Positions 40,559 to 54,199 of a stretch of 64,000 bases of DNA are shown here, piece by piece. The stretch is from positions 5,890,001 through 5,954,000 of the forward strand of contig OX597838.1 in the NCBI GenBank assembly GCA_951406725.2, given 5' to 3'. Position 1 is the first letter of the stretch; the number at the start of each line of letters is the position of its first letter. Under the pieces are notes generated by a model, which had not been told where the DNA came from, made no database searches, and saw only the letters and a program-made list of their open reading frames with translations. Made by a program: the position numbers and the translations under genes. This stretch comes from Octopus vulgaris (taxonomy: Eukaryota).

Positions 40559-42680
40559 TTTGATGTGTTTATATTGTTAGATATGTACTTGATGTTCGCA
40601 AAGACCACCGCTATAGATATTTGCAAATGCGGGGAAGGAGATAAATCTAATCCTTCATAAATGTATTCTTCCTCTCAAATTAAATATCCTACAAACGAAG
40701 TACCTTATTGGTCAGTAGAATGTTTAGACTTACGTAGCTTTTGCTTTCGCACAGAAGGCAAATGCTAGAGACTTCAGTACAAAATTTGTAATATTACTGT
40801 TAGGTTACGAAGGGCAATTATCATGCATAGTGAAGGAATTTGAACAACTGTAAAATATGATGGCCACGGTGTTAACGCACTTATCTCCTATTAATCTTTG
40901 ACTCTTTTGACAGGAATTGACATAAAAAACCAGCTCCTTTGTGACAGGAGTTACTTGACATTTTGTATTCCCTGTTTTGTGATGTCGAGGTTTGCTTTAG
41001 TTGTTCGTTCCGTGTATTTGGGAGCTGATAAATAATGCGTACCTCCAGAACACTGGATTATTGGAATTGCTCGAGCACGGAACAGGAAGCCTTTGCACAT
41101 CGTATAACACGCACTGAATTCGGAGGTTGGATGCCGCACTCTGTCAGCATAAAGGAAGGATAATAATATTTATATTACTATAAACACTTACGAACCACCT
41201 ATAGTAGGAGCAACGAAACAAAATTACGAAATTAATGGAAACGTACCGTCTTTGGTTCGAACATAATTTTCGCTGCGATTGTTAAATCACTTGTTTATAG
41301 AGCTATTGTTGCTTTTATTAGAATAGTTTTTTGTTTGAAGTATTAAATATTTAAAGCGATAGGGCTCAGGACATGTTCATTCTCTGCAACAAGTAGACAT
41401 ATTCTAGATTTTATTATTGAACATTAAGAACTTGTTATGAAGGTTTCTGCATAGATCTTCCTGGTGATAAAACGCATACGCTTGACTAAATCTTCTGCTC
41501 GTATGTCCAACCAATCCGCTAGTTTATGTTACTATTTCGTCATATTTCAATATGCCTGGGGATGTGCATATTTCACTATGTTTGCTATATGATTGGACAT
41601 CAGTTTCGTGCGCGTACATTATTCTGTTTTCTACAGTTTTATAGTTTTCAACAGAAATATTGACGTGGAAGGAGTCCCCAACGGATTTTCATATCAGCGT
41701 TTATTCTGTTTCATATACGTTCATAGATTTCTCAGCGAATAAATAGATGTTGGAAAAATCTCTAATGGATTTCGTATATGCATTGAACAGGTTTTAGAAT
41801 TTGAATATATATTTTGTAAACCCAGCAAATTTAGCATCTTATTTAGCTTTCGATATTTATGAATACTCTAACCAAAATGTATTTTTCTTCCAATAGCTTC
41901 GTTTATGATGTTGTTACATTTTAAAGGTAGAAATAGTTTCTCTTCCATATGATGTATATGATGCGTTTATTCTCTTCACATGATATACAAAGATACACAT
42001 TTTATGTATACATACATGTACAGACAAATATGTGTGTGTGTGGACAAGTGTCTGTACGATTGAAATGGTATGTGGGTGTCTATGCATCCGTATGTATGTT
42101 TATATAATAAGTGGTAGGTGTCAGTATGGATTTTGTTGAATTCTTTACTGATTATTCTTCCAAAAACAAAATAATTATTATTCCCTGTTCGCCAATACTG
42201 CTTGAGTACTTTCAAACGGAATATACGAGGCTGGATGTAAAAATGAGATTGGAAAAACGCTGCGAACATTTATTACAATTTATTCATTCGTTCGAAACTA
42301 TGGCTTTATAACTTTTACTGCACTATCTCTACGGGTTATATCATAACGTTCAATGGAAAGTGACAGGTAAAAATCTCTGTTATCGTCGAAAAATATTTCG
42401 TGTTCTCACTCGTTATAATTTTATTGGCATGTGGTTCTTGTCATTTTTAAAGAGCTGATTCTGAGGACTTAGGGGAGAACGCGCTCCAACCGTGAAGAAC
42501 ACATTCTTATTTGTATCTCTTAGGATATCTCTGATATTTTCAAATGTAAGTGAACAACTTACAAACATGTAGTTATTTTAATATCTAAAGTAAAATTTCA
42601 ATTACGTCTCATCTAATAACTCCAATTCGATCTAAACACCGATAAATTTACCGACACGATTTGAACAGCTAGAATCACAT

Positions 42681-43042
42681 GTTAGTTAGTTAGTTAATTT
42701 TTTGGCTCAAAAGCAAAAAGCAAGGCCATGTAGGGGGACATGGAATTATGTACAGGGTGGTGTTCATGTAAAGAGTTTAGGCCACTTGAGGTCAAGGGAG
42801 ACTTTGAACAAAGCGGTCGTCGGCATCTTCACCATCTCGTCTGCCAGCTTGTACCACGGATCCGCAACCCGGACGGAGAAAGCTCCTCTCCTCCGGTTGA
42901 GATGAAATCGTCGCAGGTAGAGCTTTTCGGAATGACCCCACAGACGACGCTCTGGAGCAGGAGTGAAGAACAGCTCTTTCGAGAGGTTACACTTTCCGCT
43001 TATGATGTTGTGAGCGAGAATGAGATCACCACGGTGGCGGCG
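42681..43042 (-). mobile_element. CR1-type LINE 3' end (ORF2 C-terminus, short 3' UTR, (AACT)n tail)
   Basis: RRHRGDLILAHNIISG...FF...GHSEKL...RRGAFSVRVADPWYKL...FKVSLDLKW* matches the conserved CR1 ORF2 C-terminal pattern; GC-rich island; tail AACTAACTAACTAAC. Confidence 0.88.
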
Positions 43043-43323
43043 TGACATTTCTTAATTATTTAATTAATTATTCTCATGATATTATATTGCCATATTATCA
43101 AACTTGTCATTTTTGCGCCTAATTCGTCATTAATAAATTAATTGATTGCTTTTTTGTAAATTTGAATATTTAATGAATTAACATAATTTGGCTGTAACTG
43201 AAATTATTTCAACAGTCACTACATTGTCTAACATGACGAATCTTTACGACAATCTCGAACAGGATTTAAGCGAAATACTATTTGTGGCATGGCGCTTTTA
43301 ATATAGCATCACTATCAACCAGT

Positions 43324-43681
43324 CGAAAGTGATTGAAATATAAAAACATTTACCTTTAGTTTTTCGATAAATATTCTTGATACCCTAAGATTTTAATTAA
43401 TGATAAAATATTTTTTGGCTAATTTTTGAAGAAAATCGACAATTTATTTATTTAGTGACGGTTGAGTTCGCATCTGCGCGGTGGATTCGAAAAATTAGAA
43501 CCTATAGACACGTGACTGATTACTTATAGCTCCGCGTCTATGTGTTCAGTCTTGGCAACCTACTGAAGACGCAGCGCCAGATATAGACTGAAATTATTTT
43601 ATTTCAATCTGTATTTAAGTCTGCAGAAACCTTGCAGAGTCTAGGATTAAGGTAAAAGATTTTATGTTTCAATCACTTTCG
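43324..43681. mobile_element. Imperfect palindromic MITE-like element
   Basis: CGAAAGTGATTGAAATATAAAAACATTTACCTT / AAGGTAAAAGATTTTATGTTTCAATCACTTTCG; central GAACCTATAGACACG...CGCGTCTATGTGTTC. Confidence 0.6.
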
Positions 43682-43880
43682 GAATTACAACAATTAGTGG
43701 CTTGGAGTTTAAATGCGCTGCCTAGTGAGTCAGATATCCTATTCTTTGCTTATCTCTTTTTGTGTTTGAACGTACACTGTATTCTTCTCTGAATAATATA
43801 TAGTCTATTGACTAATTTAAGAATATTTTTCGATAAATATACTTGTTACCCTAAGATATTAATTAATGATATAATATGCT

Positions 43881-43940
<60 letters not shown>

Positions 43941-43960
43941 CGTATGTGTGTGTGTGTGTA

Positions 43961-44161
43961 TGACCGCGTGTGTACCGTTGGCGATTTTTTTCCTCTGTCT
44001 TCCCTTGTCTGGATCTTTCCTTCTCCTATGTTTCTGACGAAGAGCTCCGCTCGAAACGTTAGACCCTCCTACTTTCCTTCTTACCTGGGCGTCCAATAAT
44101 ACTATATTTGTTACACGTCCTCGCGTTGTTGTGTTTTTTGTGCTTTCTTGTTTGGATTAAC
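43961..44161 (+). mobile_element. Hammerhead-ribozyme-containing short element, copy 3 (best preserved)
   Basis: GTTT-CTGACGA-A-GAGC TCC GCTC-GAAA-CGTT-AGAC at 44030-44064; (TG)n upstream, (TA)n downstream. Confidence 0.82.
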
Positions 44162-44972
44162 TTATATATATATATATATATATATATACATACACATTAT
44201 TTTTTCGAACCTAGAATGTCTTTAGTAAAGTGATGAATCTATAGAGGCCGCTACTTAATTTTACTTGATAATTTCCGACTGGTATAGGCATCACTGTTTT
44301 ATTATTTTTATAGGTTTGTCTCTGATATGTTCATTTCTTTTCTTTCTACATGTTAATATGTATTGGCTTTACTGTATTAGAAAGCGTTTGTTATCTGATT
44401 TCACATCGGATTCGTCCATGCACACTCATCTATTAGTTGTAGATTTATAGTTTATCAGAGTGTATGTAGATTCAACAAATGTCTCCAATGGATTTGAAAT
44501 ATGCATAAAAGACGCCTGGGAATTTGTATCCTTCCAATTCCTACCAATTCACTTTTACATTTTGTGGCATACATTTACGAGTTCCAGTGCCAAATATTTC
44601 TCCTTTCAGATAAGTTGTTTTCTGTTTGTTTTGAAAAATAGAAATAAGCTTTCTGACATCTAATGTTTATGATGCTTTCGTTCTCTTAAAAAATAGATGT
44701 TTTATACACATCACTGTTGGTCTAGCTACGATTTTAGAGGAATTCTTGAGTGAGAATTGTTCCAAATGTTGTTTATTATTCCCTGTTTGGGAATACATTT
44801 TGAGTACATTGAAATATATAAACGAGATTGAATATAAAATCTAGTGCAACAGATACACAATGCATGAATTTCAAATAAATCATTTATTTGAATCTAAGGC
44901 ATAAACTCTGAACCACTCTAAGTATACAATCAACAGCATAGAATATAAAAACAATCCATCCATCCATATATA

Positions 44973-45108
<136 letters not shown>

Positions 45109-45494
45109 CATATGCATCTATATATGTATAAATGTACAAATATATATATATGGAAAATACTTTTTGAGAGAGATAATCTTTGTATCATGGTGAATGGAAT
45201 TCTGACATACAGCAATATTGTTAAAAAGGTTAAAAAAAAGTTTGAGAACTACTTGCATATTGCTTGTTCTTCGAACGAAGTGAATGGAAAAATTATTGGT
45301 TGCCACCAGACTAAATTATTTTCGTTCTTCCCTATCATCTCGCCTTTAGCTAAGCAGGCAATGCTTTGTGAATTTTCCACAATGTCAGTGTGAATTAGAA
45401 TATTCTACGACGGCCCTTATTATGATCACATTTTTGTTTAAAATCTACAACCGTGATCATACCGTTATTTTATGAAGCTTTAAGACTTGATTTC

Positions 45495-45700
45495 AAATTT
45501 AGGCACGGGACCAGCAATATCAGAGTTTGAGTAAATCGATTACATCGACCCCAGTATTCAACTGGAACTTATACTATCGACCTCGGAACTCTGAACGCCA
45601 ATATCGATCTTGGCGGAAATTGAACTCAAAAATTGAAAAGGGACGAAATGCTGGTAAGCATTTTACATGGCGTGCTAAGAATTCTGATAGCTCGGCACTT
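45495..45700 (-). mobile_element. Family B SINE, diverged, short-tail variant
   Basis: TCGATTACATCGACCCCAGTATTCAACTGG...GGCGGAAATTGAACTC...GGCGTGCTAA. Confidence 0.75.
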
Positions 45701-46883
45701 TTAGACATCTATAAACATTGCCGAATATGTTGTATTTTGAAATAGACCAGTGTGTAATTATAGGTAGTATTTCGGTGCTATATCTAACATGTCGAGAAAA
45801 ATATGAAGGTGCTGCGTCGTTGGTCTTTCATCGGATGTAGTTGTCTCATCGGCTGTGGATGTCCCATCAGCTGTAGATCTCTATCGGAGATGGGTGTATG
45901 GTCTTATAAGATTATGAACATCATCGGCAATAAATGTGCCGAGAAATCATTTTGTATAGTAGGAAACCAAGCAACATTGCCAGACTAAAAATAAATCAAA
46001 CTGATTAGGAAGGAATTCCAGTATTTGTCAATCTATAGAAAATGTTGCTTTGGAACGTTTACAGCTCTATAAACAACACATCCATGTTAGATTGGGTGAG
46101 TTTAATTAATATTCTTTACAAAACTGCTTTTATCGATAATAGCTAACGTGTGTGCGTTCGTATGTATGTATCTTGTATGTATCTGTGAAAATACATGCAT
46201 ACGCACAGGCAGAAGTAGCATGATATAAAACGAGACAAAATCTAAATATGCCGATGTTGGCCGAAGTTCAAATTCGTATCTACAGCGGAAAACGAAGAAA
46301 AAACTTCGCCAAGGCGGCATTGTTTACGCAAGATACGATATATTAAATTTAAACGGAGGAATAGAAAAAAAATTGAATTTATGGCATTTTAAATACTAAT
46401 GGCAGACCAACGTGGGTGCTTATCTGACATTAGCCACATAAGCAATAATGTTACATATTCATTTTATTTTTAGATCAATTGATTCGAATTAGAGAGACGC
46501 ATGCAAGATAAATGATAAGTAGATTTATCTCTGTTTGTGAAACTGCTGTATTTTATCAATCTTTGTATCTTTTTATGTTGCGAGCATGAAATTGACTAAA
46601 GATATAGTCTGACGCTTATCGAAATTTTTAATGAAAATTTCTTGCAATACAAACTTTCAAAATTGAACACGTGATTAAGTAAATTAATTTTAACTTAAAG
46701 AAATGTGTTAATTAATTAGTAAGTCAAGTGTGACATATTTGGTAAAATGCAAATGAAATCCACGAGGAACAAGCACGAAAATTAATATTCGTCGTAGAGG
46801 GCGACCGCCTCCCATTCATATACTTCACACACAAATACATGAACGTATTCCTACGCACTAAGTGTAAATGTATGCATGCATTT

Positions 46884-46923
<40 letters not shown>

Positions 46924-46986
46924 TATACATACACACAGACACACAGACACACACATATATATATATATATATACATATATATACAT

Positions 46987-47042
<56 letters not shown>

Positions 47043-47043
<1 letters not shown>

Positions 47044-47458
47044 TAAAATATGAAAAATCAACGAAAATGCACATTGCAAATAAAAAAAAGTCTATTTATG
47101 ACAGGTAAAGACAAATATATACATTAAGATTGAGTGAGGTAGTAATTCGAGTCATAAAGGTCATTATTATGAGATGATTATAAGATGATAATAAAGTAAG
47201 AGAACAAAACGAACCATGATTTACGCAAAGCTATTCATCGTTTAAAAAACACCGGTTAATACGATGAACAGCTTTGCGTAAACCATGGTCCGTTTTGTTC
47301 TCTTACTTTATTATCATCTCATAATTATCTCATAATAATGACTTTTATGACTTGTATTACTACGTCAGTCAATCTAAATGTATATATTTGTCTTTACCTG
47401 TCATAAATAGCCTTTTTTCATTTGCAATGTGCATTTTCGTTGATTTTTCATATTTTAC
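47043..47458. mobile_element. Fold-back element with ~200 bp inverted arms and a short spacer
   Basis: GTAAAATATGAAAAATCAACGAAAATGCACATTGCAAAT...TTTACGCAAAGCTATTCATCGT / ACGATGAACAGCTTTGCGTAAA...ATTTGCAATGTGCATTTTCGTTGATTTTTCATATTTTAC. Confidence 0.9.
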
Positions 47459-47506
47459 CCTTACATTTCCACGTGTATTTTATATATTCTTTTCGTAACA
47501 TATTTC

Positions 47507-47552
<46 letters not shown>

Positions 47553-47914
47553 ATGTCGTAATAGTAGGCTGTGGCTGTGTGAGCTACGAAATCTTCGTCG
47601 ACGCGGTATGCCACACGTTCGGATATCCTCTCCTCAACTCCGCGCAACTCTCGACGTCTAGACTTCTCCCTATATATATACGTATTGTGCCAGCCTACTT
47701 GGGTATGAGACACATGTGTTTGGCAAGTATGTGCAAGCAATTCGTTTCAGCTGACCAAAAAGACTTATGCGTTTTTAAGCCTAGTATATTTATCTCTCTG
47801 TCTCGTATGCTAAGTAAATACACGAACACCACGTGTGAAGCCGTGAGGAGTGCGCATGCACATACGCACGCAGGCATACACACATAAATACTCACAGATA
47901 CACACATATATGCA

Positions 47915-48077
47915 TCTTTTAGTTTCCGTTTATCAAATCCACTCACAAGTCTTTAAGTCTTTGATCAGCCCGAGGTTATAGTAGAAGACACCTGCCCAAT
48001 GTGCCACGTAGTGGGACTGAACAAAAAAAAAAACATGTGGTTGGTAAGCAATCTACTTACCTCATAGCCACTCCTGT
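47915..48077 (-). mobile_element. Family A SINE, 5' half
   Basis: Reverse complement of the family A head; lies head to head with the next copy. Confidence 0.85.
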
Positions 48078-48133
48078 GACTACATATATATAACTTATGT
48101 ACCAACTTACACATATATTTATATACATGTATA

Positions 48134-48514
48134 GGTGTAGGAGTGGCTGTGTGGTAAGTAGCTTGTTTACCAACCCCATGGTTCCGGGTTCAGTCCAACT
48201 GCGTGGCACCTCGGGCAGGTGTCTTCTCCTATAGTCTCCGGCCGACCAATGCCTTGTGAGTGCATTTGGTAGACGGAAACTGGAAGAAGCCCGTCGTATA
48301 TATGTATATATGTATATATATGTATATATGTGTGTATATGTTTGTATGTCTGTGTTTGTCCCCCCAACATCGCTTGACAACGGGCGCTGGTGTGTTTATG
48401 TCCCCGTAACTTAGCGGTTCGGCAAACGACACCGATAGAATAAGTACTAGGCTTACAAAAAATAAGGCGGTGCTCCAGCATGGCCGCAGTCAAATGACTG
48501 AAACAAGTAAAAGA
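48134..48514 (+). mobile_element. Family A SINE, full length
   Basis: GGTGTAGGAGTGGCTGTGTGGTAAG ... CAAATGACTGAAACAAGTAAAAGAA. Confidence 0.92.
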
Positions 48515-49516
48515 ACAAAGAACAAAGAACATAAACACACATATATTTTCCCCTCTATGACAATGTAAATATTTGGATGTCCAATTGGATTATTATTTGA
48601 ACAGAAGAATTCATTGTTAATTATGATAGAGTACAGAACATTTTCTAAAAATCAATACCGAAGTTTGCATTATTATATTTACATTGTAGTAGAGAGATTG
48701 GTTGCTCATTAACTGGGCCGCTAGTTGAATAGTTGTCTTTTATTAATTATTACATTGTTCATTAGCTTTTCTTTCAATAAAATCAATAGTTAAGATAGTG
48801 TTAATACACTTAATGCAACTAACACCAGAGAGCTAATGAAAAATAATTAAGCAGGAGTCTACTCAAGACTGATTGTGGTCTCTATCTCTTTCTTCTTTAG
48901 TTTTGTTCAGATTTATCTCTAGCTGACGATAAAGTGATGAAAAAAATCTATTTTAGTAAATATGCCACATTACAAAGGAAAAGTCGTGAAAATTTACTTT
49001 CTTACAAATATACCCCGATCGAATATAATCTGTTCGGATGTCTTCCCCACGAAACAATATTTGAGAATTACATCGTAAATCTTTGACAAGTTGGCGCAGG
49101 CATGGTTTATGGTCGTAGATTACACTATGGGGTAAAGATACTTAATTCTCAACCATGTTTTCATGTTTTCGGTCCCACTCCTTTCTATTTCCGGTAATTA
49201 AAATCTACTATACCCTCGGTGCGCGAGAAGGAAACAGCAAAACTCTACCATATATGCATGAATGTCATTATTCAGCTTATTTCAAGATTGCTTGCTAATA
49301 GAGAAAGAACCAGATTCTAACCTAGATCCTAGGCTGCTTCATTGGAATTTCAACATCAACAACAAGGTATTTTTGTATGTGTGTATGTATGTGCAGATGT
49401 ATATGTATGTATGTGCAGATTTGTATGTTTTATGCATATAGTTGCATAGCTAGAGATGCTCATTTTTATTTCAGTGATAAACAGGTTTTTACAGGTTACT
49501 CTCAGTTTATCTTTTA

Positions 49517-49600
49517 TCTTTTACTTGTTTCAGTTATTTGCGGCCATGCTGGGGTACCGCCTTGGAAAATGATTTTCAGGCGAATGAATCGATCCCAGGC
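49517..49600 (-). mobile_element. Family A SINE 3' tail fragment
   Basis: TCTTTTACTTGTTTCAGTTATTTGCGGCCATGCTGGGGTACCGCC. Confidence 0.65.
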
Positions 49601-50908
49601 ATAATATCCCTTTAAAGCTTCTTACTTTATCTATAGGTCTAAAAGAAACAAACTACAATAAATACATATTTCCCATTAGAATTTTTATAAAACCGAATCA
49701 TTACTAGACTTGTTGGATGGCTGCTTTTAACACCCGAAGCATCTGACCACAATGCATTTTTTTAACTAATATCACCCCAGGTATTTTTGTTAGAATTCGT
49801 CATTACTAAATCTATTATTCGCTTAGCTAAAGCAGGATTTTTACCGATTTAACATCATTTGACTACGACATAGATTACGCCAATAAACATTTACCTATTA
49901 TGTATACACGCAGCGATCGACCTTGAATAAATTTTCGCGATAACTATTTTAATTGATAAAGCCAATGAATATTCATTCACAAAAATGCTCGATACATTTC
50001 ACTCGTATCCTAAAGCAGTGACAGTTTGTTTAAATCTATAGTTGATAACATCTGATAAGACTGAAAGGCGTCTTAAGTGCCATCACGGATGAAGACAAGC
50101 GTCATCTCTGCATTCTATAGTTATTGAATTAAATTAACATTTGATGAATAAATTGCGATAAATAAATTCCTGTCCTTTTTGAAAAGACTGCAGCGAATCA
50201 TTTAGATAAATTATAGTAATTACGATTAATTGGAACTGATACTCCCAAGGCAATTTAGTATTGGTGCAATATTACGTATTTGCGCATGGATATGTCAGCA
50301 TTTTGTGTTACGGAAATACTCATCTCGTTCATAAAGAATTCATTGAATTTAATAATTAACCGAAGTTATATAATATTGTATCAAAAAAGTTTAGTAACTA
50401 GATAAATTCACCTTAAAGGAGAATTACAACGTACTGATTAATTTACAATAGATAGAACTTGGACCCCTCCAATTATGCTTAAGAATCCTCCTAACGGCCA
50501 CTAAGAACCAATTTCCTGGCAATTAATCGAATCAGATACAAATATTTCTTTGTGTCTAAGGCAAAGAAAAATGTCTTTTAAATGTTTCTAATCGATTCTT
50601 CCTTATATACGCCAAACAGCGTACAATGTCTTACAATATCTTCTTGATAATTCCAACTGTGTTTTGGCCGTTGAAATTAACCGAATTTACGATGTTAACA
50701 ATCCTAGACACATATAACTAACCAGTATACCCGCGCGCGAGCGATGCAACGATTTGAAGAGAAAACAGATAAATTTACGAATGGTAAATATCAAGTTCAA
50801 AATGCCTTTGGAAAGAAAATACGTTAGCTAATTATTTTTTAATCTTCTTTTAACTCAGTGGTTAATCACAATTATTCATATCCTTAAAGTCTACTAACTC
50901 AACAATTA

Positions 50909-50994
<86 letters not shown>

Positions 50995-50997
50995 CAT

Positions 50998-51030
50998 ACT
51001 AGCAATGCACACTGGCGTTGCCCAGGTTTT
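50998..51030 (-). mobile_element. Possible Helitron 3' terminus
   Basis: Minus strand CCTGGGCAACGCCAG...GCTAG|T: GC hairpin followed by CTAG and T. Confidence 0.35.
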
Positions 51031-51144
51031 ATGACCTACACCCACATTGTATTATTTGTCCCTTTCTTGTGGGCAGAGTCGGCCCACGAGAGGTATGCGG
51101 GACAAACATAAACGTTTTGCGGCAATTTACTGATGAACAGCTCT

Positions 51145-51272
51145 GCAGTTTCCACCTACCAAAATTCAGTCACAAGTCTGTAGTTAACCTAGGGCTATAA
51201 TGGAAGCACTTGCCCAAGGCAGTGCAGAGCGACTGAATGTGGTTGGAAAGCAAACAACTCAACCACAGAGTC
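51145..51272 (-). mobile_element. Degenerate family A SINE 5' half
   Basis: CAGTTTCCACCTACCAAA...CACTTGCCCAAGG...GACTGAATGTGGTTGG...AACCACAGAG. Confidence 0.6.
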
Positions 51273-52409
51273 ATTGTTGTACATAACATGTGTGTGTGTG
51301 CCTTTGCACTTGTTTTTAAATCGTGTATTGTGTCCCACTATGTCTTTAGCAGTTCATCAAGCAGAGATCTGTAAAATAATTGCCAGATTGACATACGCAC
51401 TGCGCTCAGTATGATGAATTAAATTTTTGAAGGTGATAGCCCGACATAGCGACAGTCGGAGGAGTAAACCCAGTCAAATAATATTTAAAGACCTACTGGC
51501 TTCCAATTTAAGGTAATGGATTACTAAGAACAAGTTATTGGTTTCAAAACGTCGTATTGAACATCCACTCTATACAATAACACTATATATACGTCTCAGT
51601 CCACTTGACTTCCAACAATTAACAGCCGTATTTTGAAGCTGAATGGTTTGCTGTAAGAAAGATCTCCAGATGTATTTAAAAAATATTGTACAAAATATTC
51701 TGAGAAAAATATTTTTCTCACCACAAAACACACACACACAAACACATACACATATACACACACAGAAACACAGGCACACATTTACAGGTTTGAAAGTAAT
51801 TCGCACAGTTGGCTTAGGATTAATAGCCACATTGTGAAAAATTGTTGGGAAGCGCATTTTTTTTTTTTTTAACACGGAAACTAAAATGCATATACGCAGA
51901 AGTAATAACATCCATTTTCTGTGCTCACTTCCTTAATGGAAATTGCTAAAATTTCTTATCAGAATGAAATCTATAATTTTTGAAACATTTAATATTAAAG
52001 AACGTAACCTTCCAGAAATAAATTGAAGAGTAAATAATTTTGTGAACGTTTTTTCGTTCTTAAAATTTACATAAATTCCTGTCTGAACGTAACTACGAAT
52101 GGAGGATTCTGAAAAGGAATGACATTGTATTTTTTACAAAATCATTTTCAAATAAGGCCATTAACATTTGACGTACATTTAGAATCCAGTCTACTTTGGA
52201 CTGACTCACTCAACTATTAATTTTTCCAGTAAAAAGTTTTGTATATTTAGCACAAGGTCAGTAATTGAGTTACGAAGTAGACATCATATACACTGGCCCT
52301 AGTCCCTAAACGCTAATCATATTATCAACTCTGAAAGGACGAAGTAAAACCAATAGCAAATGCTGTTAATGCTCATGCAACTACATCTGTAGTATAATAA
52401 TTGCTCTTA

Positions 52410-52605
52410 TTATAGGCACACAGTCTGATGTATTGGGGGAGGAGTAACTTATATCATGGAACCCAGTCCTTAATTGGTAATTATTTCATTGTCCCCAAAC
52501 ATTGATTGCCAAAGGTGATTCTAGGCGATATATCAGCTCGAAAAGTAAAGGCAAAGGTACATGTCTTTGCCGGGCGTGCTAATGATTCAGGCAGCATACC
52601 ACCTT
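52410..52605 (-). mobile_element. Degenerate family B SINE
   Basis: CCCAGTCCTTAATTGGTAATTATTTCATTGTCCCC...GGGCGTGCTAATGATTC. Confidence 0.45.
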
Positions 52606-52640
52606 AATCCATATTATAAGTATGGCCCCAAATATATTCA

Positions 52641-52798
52641 CAAGAGTGACTGCGTGGTAAGTAGCTTGCTTACCAACCACATGGCTCCGAGTTCAGTCCC
52701 ACTGCATGTCACCTTCGGCAAGTGTCTTCTAATATAGCCTCGGGCCGACCGATGCCTTGTGAGTGCATTTGACAGACGGAAACTGAAAGAAGCCCGCA

Positions 52799-52838
<40 letters not shown>

Positions 52839-52975
52839 GTATATATATCTGTATGTATGTAAGTATGTGTTTGTGTGTTTATGTTTGCCCCCCCTAACAT
52901 CACTTGACGACCGTTGCTGATTTGCTTGACTAAAAGCGTTGTTCAAATGATAGAAACAAACAAAAGAATAAAAGA
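52641..52975 (+). mobile_element. Family A SINE with an internal deletion in the 3' half
   Basis: Head GAGTGACTGCGTGGTAAGTAGCTTGCTTACCAACCACATGG; tail GAAACAAACAAAAGAATAAAAGAAT. Confidence 0.85.
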
Positions 52976-54129
52976 ATAGTATCTGTTTTAATTGGGATTG
53001 GCAGTTATTTGTAGAGTAAAGACTCGATTTTCCTATTTCATAACTCAAAATATTTCATGAATATTTTCATTTGGATTTTTAATCATTACGCCAGTCGTAT
53101 TAAGTGAAGATTCGTTGGAGCGCCATTAAAATATTTTGTATTATTGTCACAGTTTTAAACGTTTTTAACTCAAAACCCAATGACGTCAGCGTTGTCTCTC
53201 ATAAACACAGCTTACCTAAGATTAAGTACCCGACTAGTAATCGGGTGGACAATATCAACTAAAATCCTCTCAAAACACATGATATTTTGCCTAATTCAGA
53301 AACCAGTATATTCGCAGCACTTAAACAAAAGTATGTTACTAGTTATATACTTAAGAACTCTGTGAATACCATAGTTATTTATAAAAGAACATATTAAGGA
53401 AAAAAATATATATAATCTTTCAAATTATGTTTAAAATTAATCTCTCTGCATTTTACAAGCAACTCGAATTATGGGAGTTCACTCAGTTAAACATAAAAAC
53501 ATATTTTATTCAGGTGTATTAGGTATTTGGAATTATTTGATATAGAGTTAGACAATAGAAATATAGAAAATTATGAAATAAGGTGATTAAATCTGAATAC
53601 TTATTGAAATAGTAAATATGTTAAAGGTAATAGTTCTGAGTAGTTTAGTGTGTTTTAGCCATGTTCTTTCTTTTTTTAATAAATCAGTTATGTCAGGGTT
53701 TTTTTTTAATGTGTTTTGAATTTTCTATTATTTTCTCTGGAAGTTTTAACGTTCAAATTCAATTTCTATTTGGAATATTTCCATTAATCATTGAATATTC
53801 ATTGGAAGATTCAGGACTTAAATTTTGGTTGAATTTTCTTCTGTCTTTCATTATAAGCAATCGAACTACATACATAGTGAAATATAAAAAAGAAATATAA
53901 TAGAAATCTACTTGTTATATGAATTAAAGAAGTGCAAATTTACGTGTACTCCAAAATACAGTACGGAATCAAATATACTGGTAATATTCTAGCATTTTAA
54001 AAAGAGGAATCTTTAAAATGCGCACAAGTTTCAAAACTGAAGGTTTTGCAAAATATCAGTGTGAATATAAATGCTAAAGACATGAGAGAGTAAAACGCAA
54101 ACAGACACATATATACATACATATACGCA

Positions 54130-54197
<68 letters not shown>

Positions 54198-54199
<2 letters not shown>

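Noticed and set aside
47549-47830. GC-richer segment starting TGT with a TATA-like run, possible solo LTR
   Set aside because: No clear CA end, target-site duplication, primer-binding site or second copy in the window.
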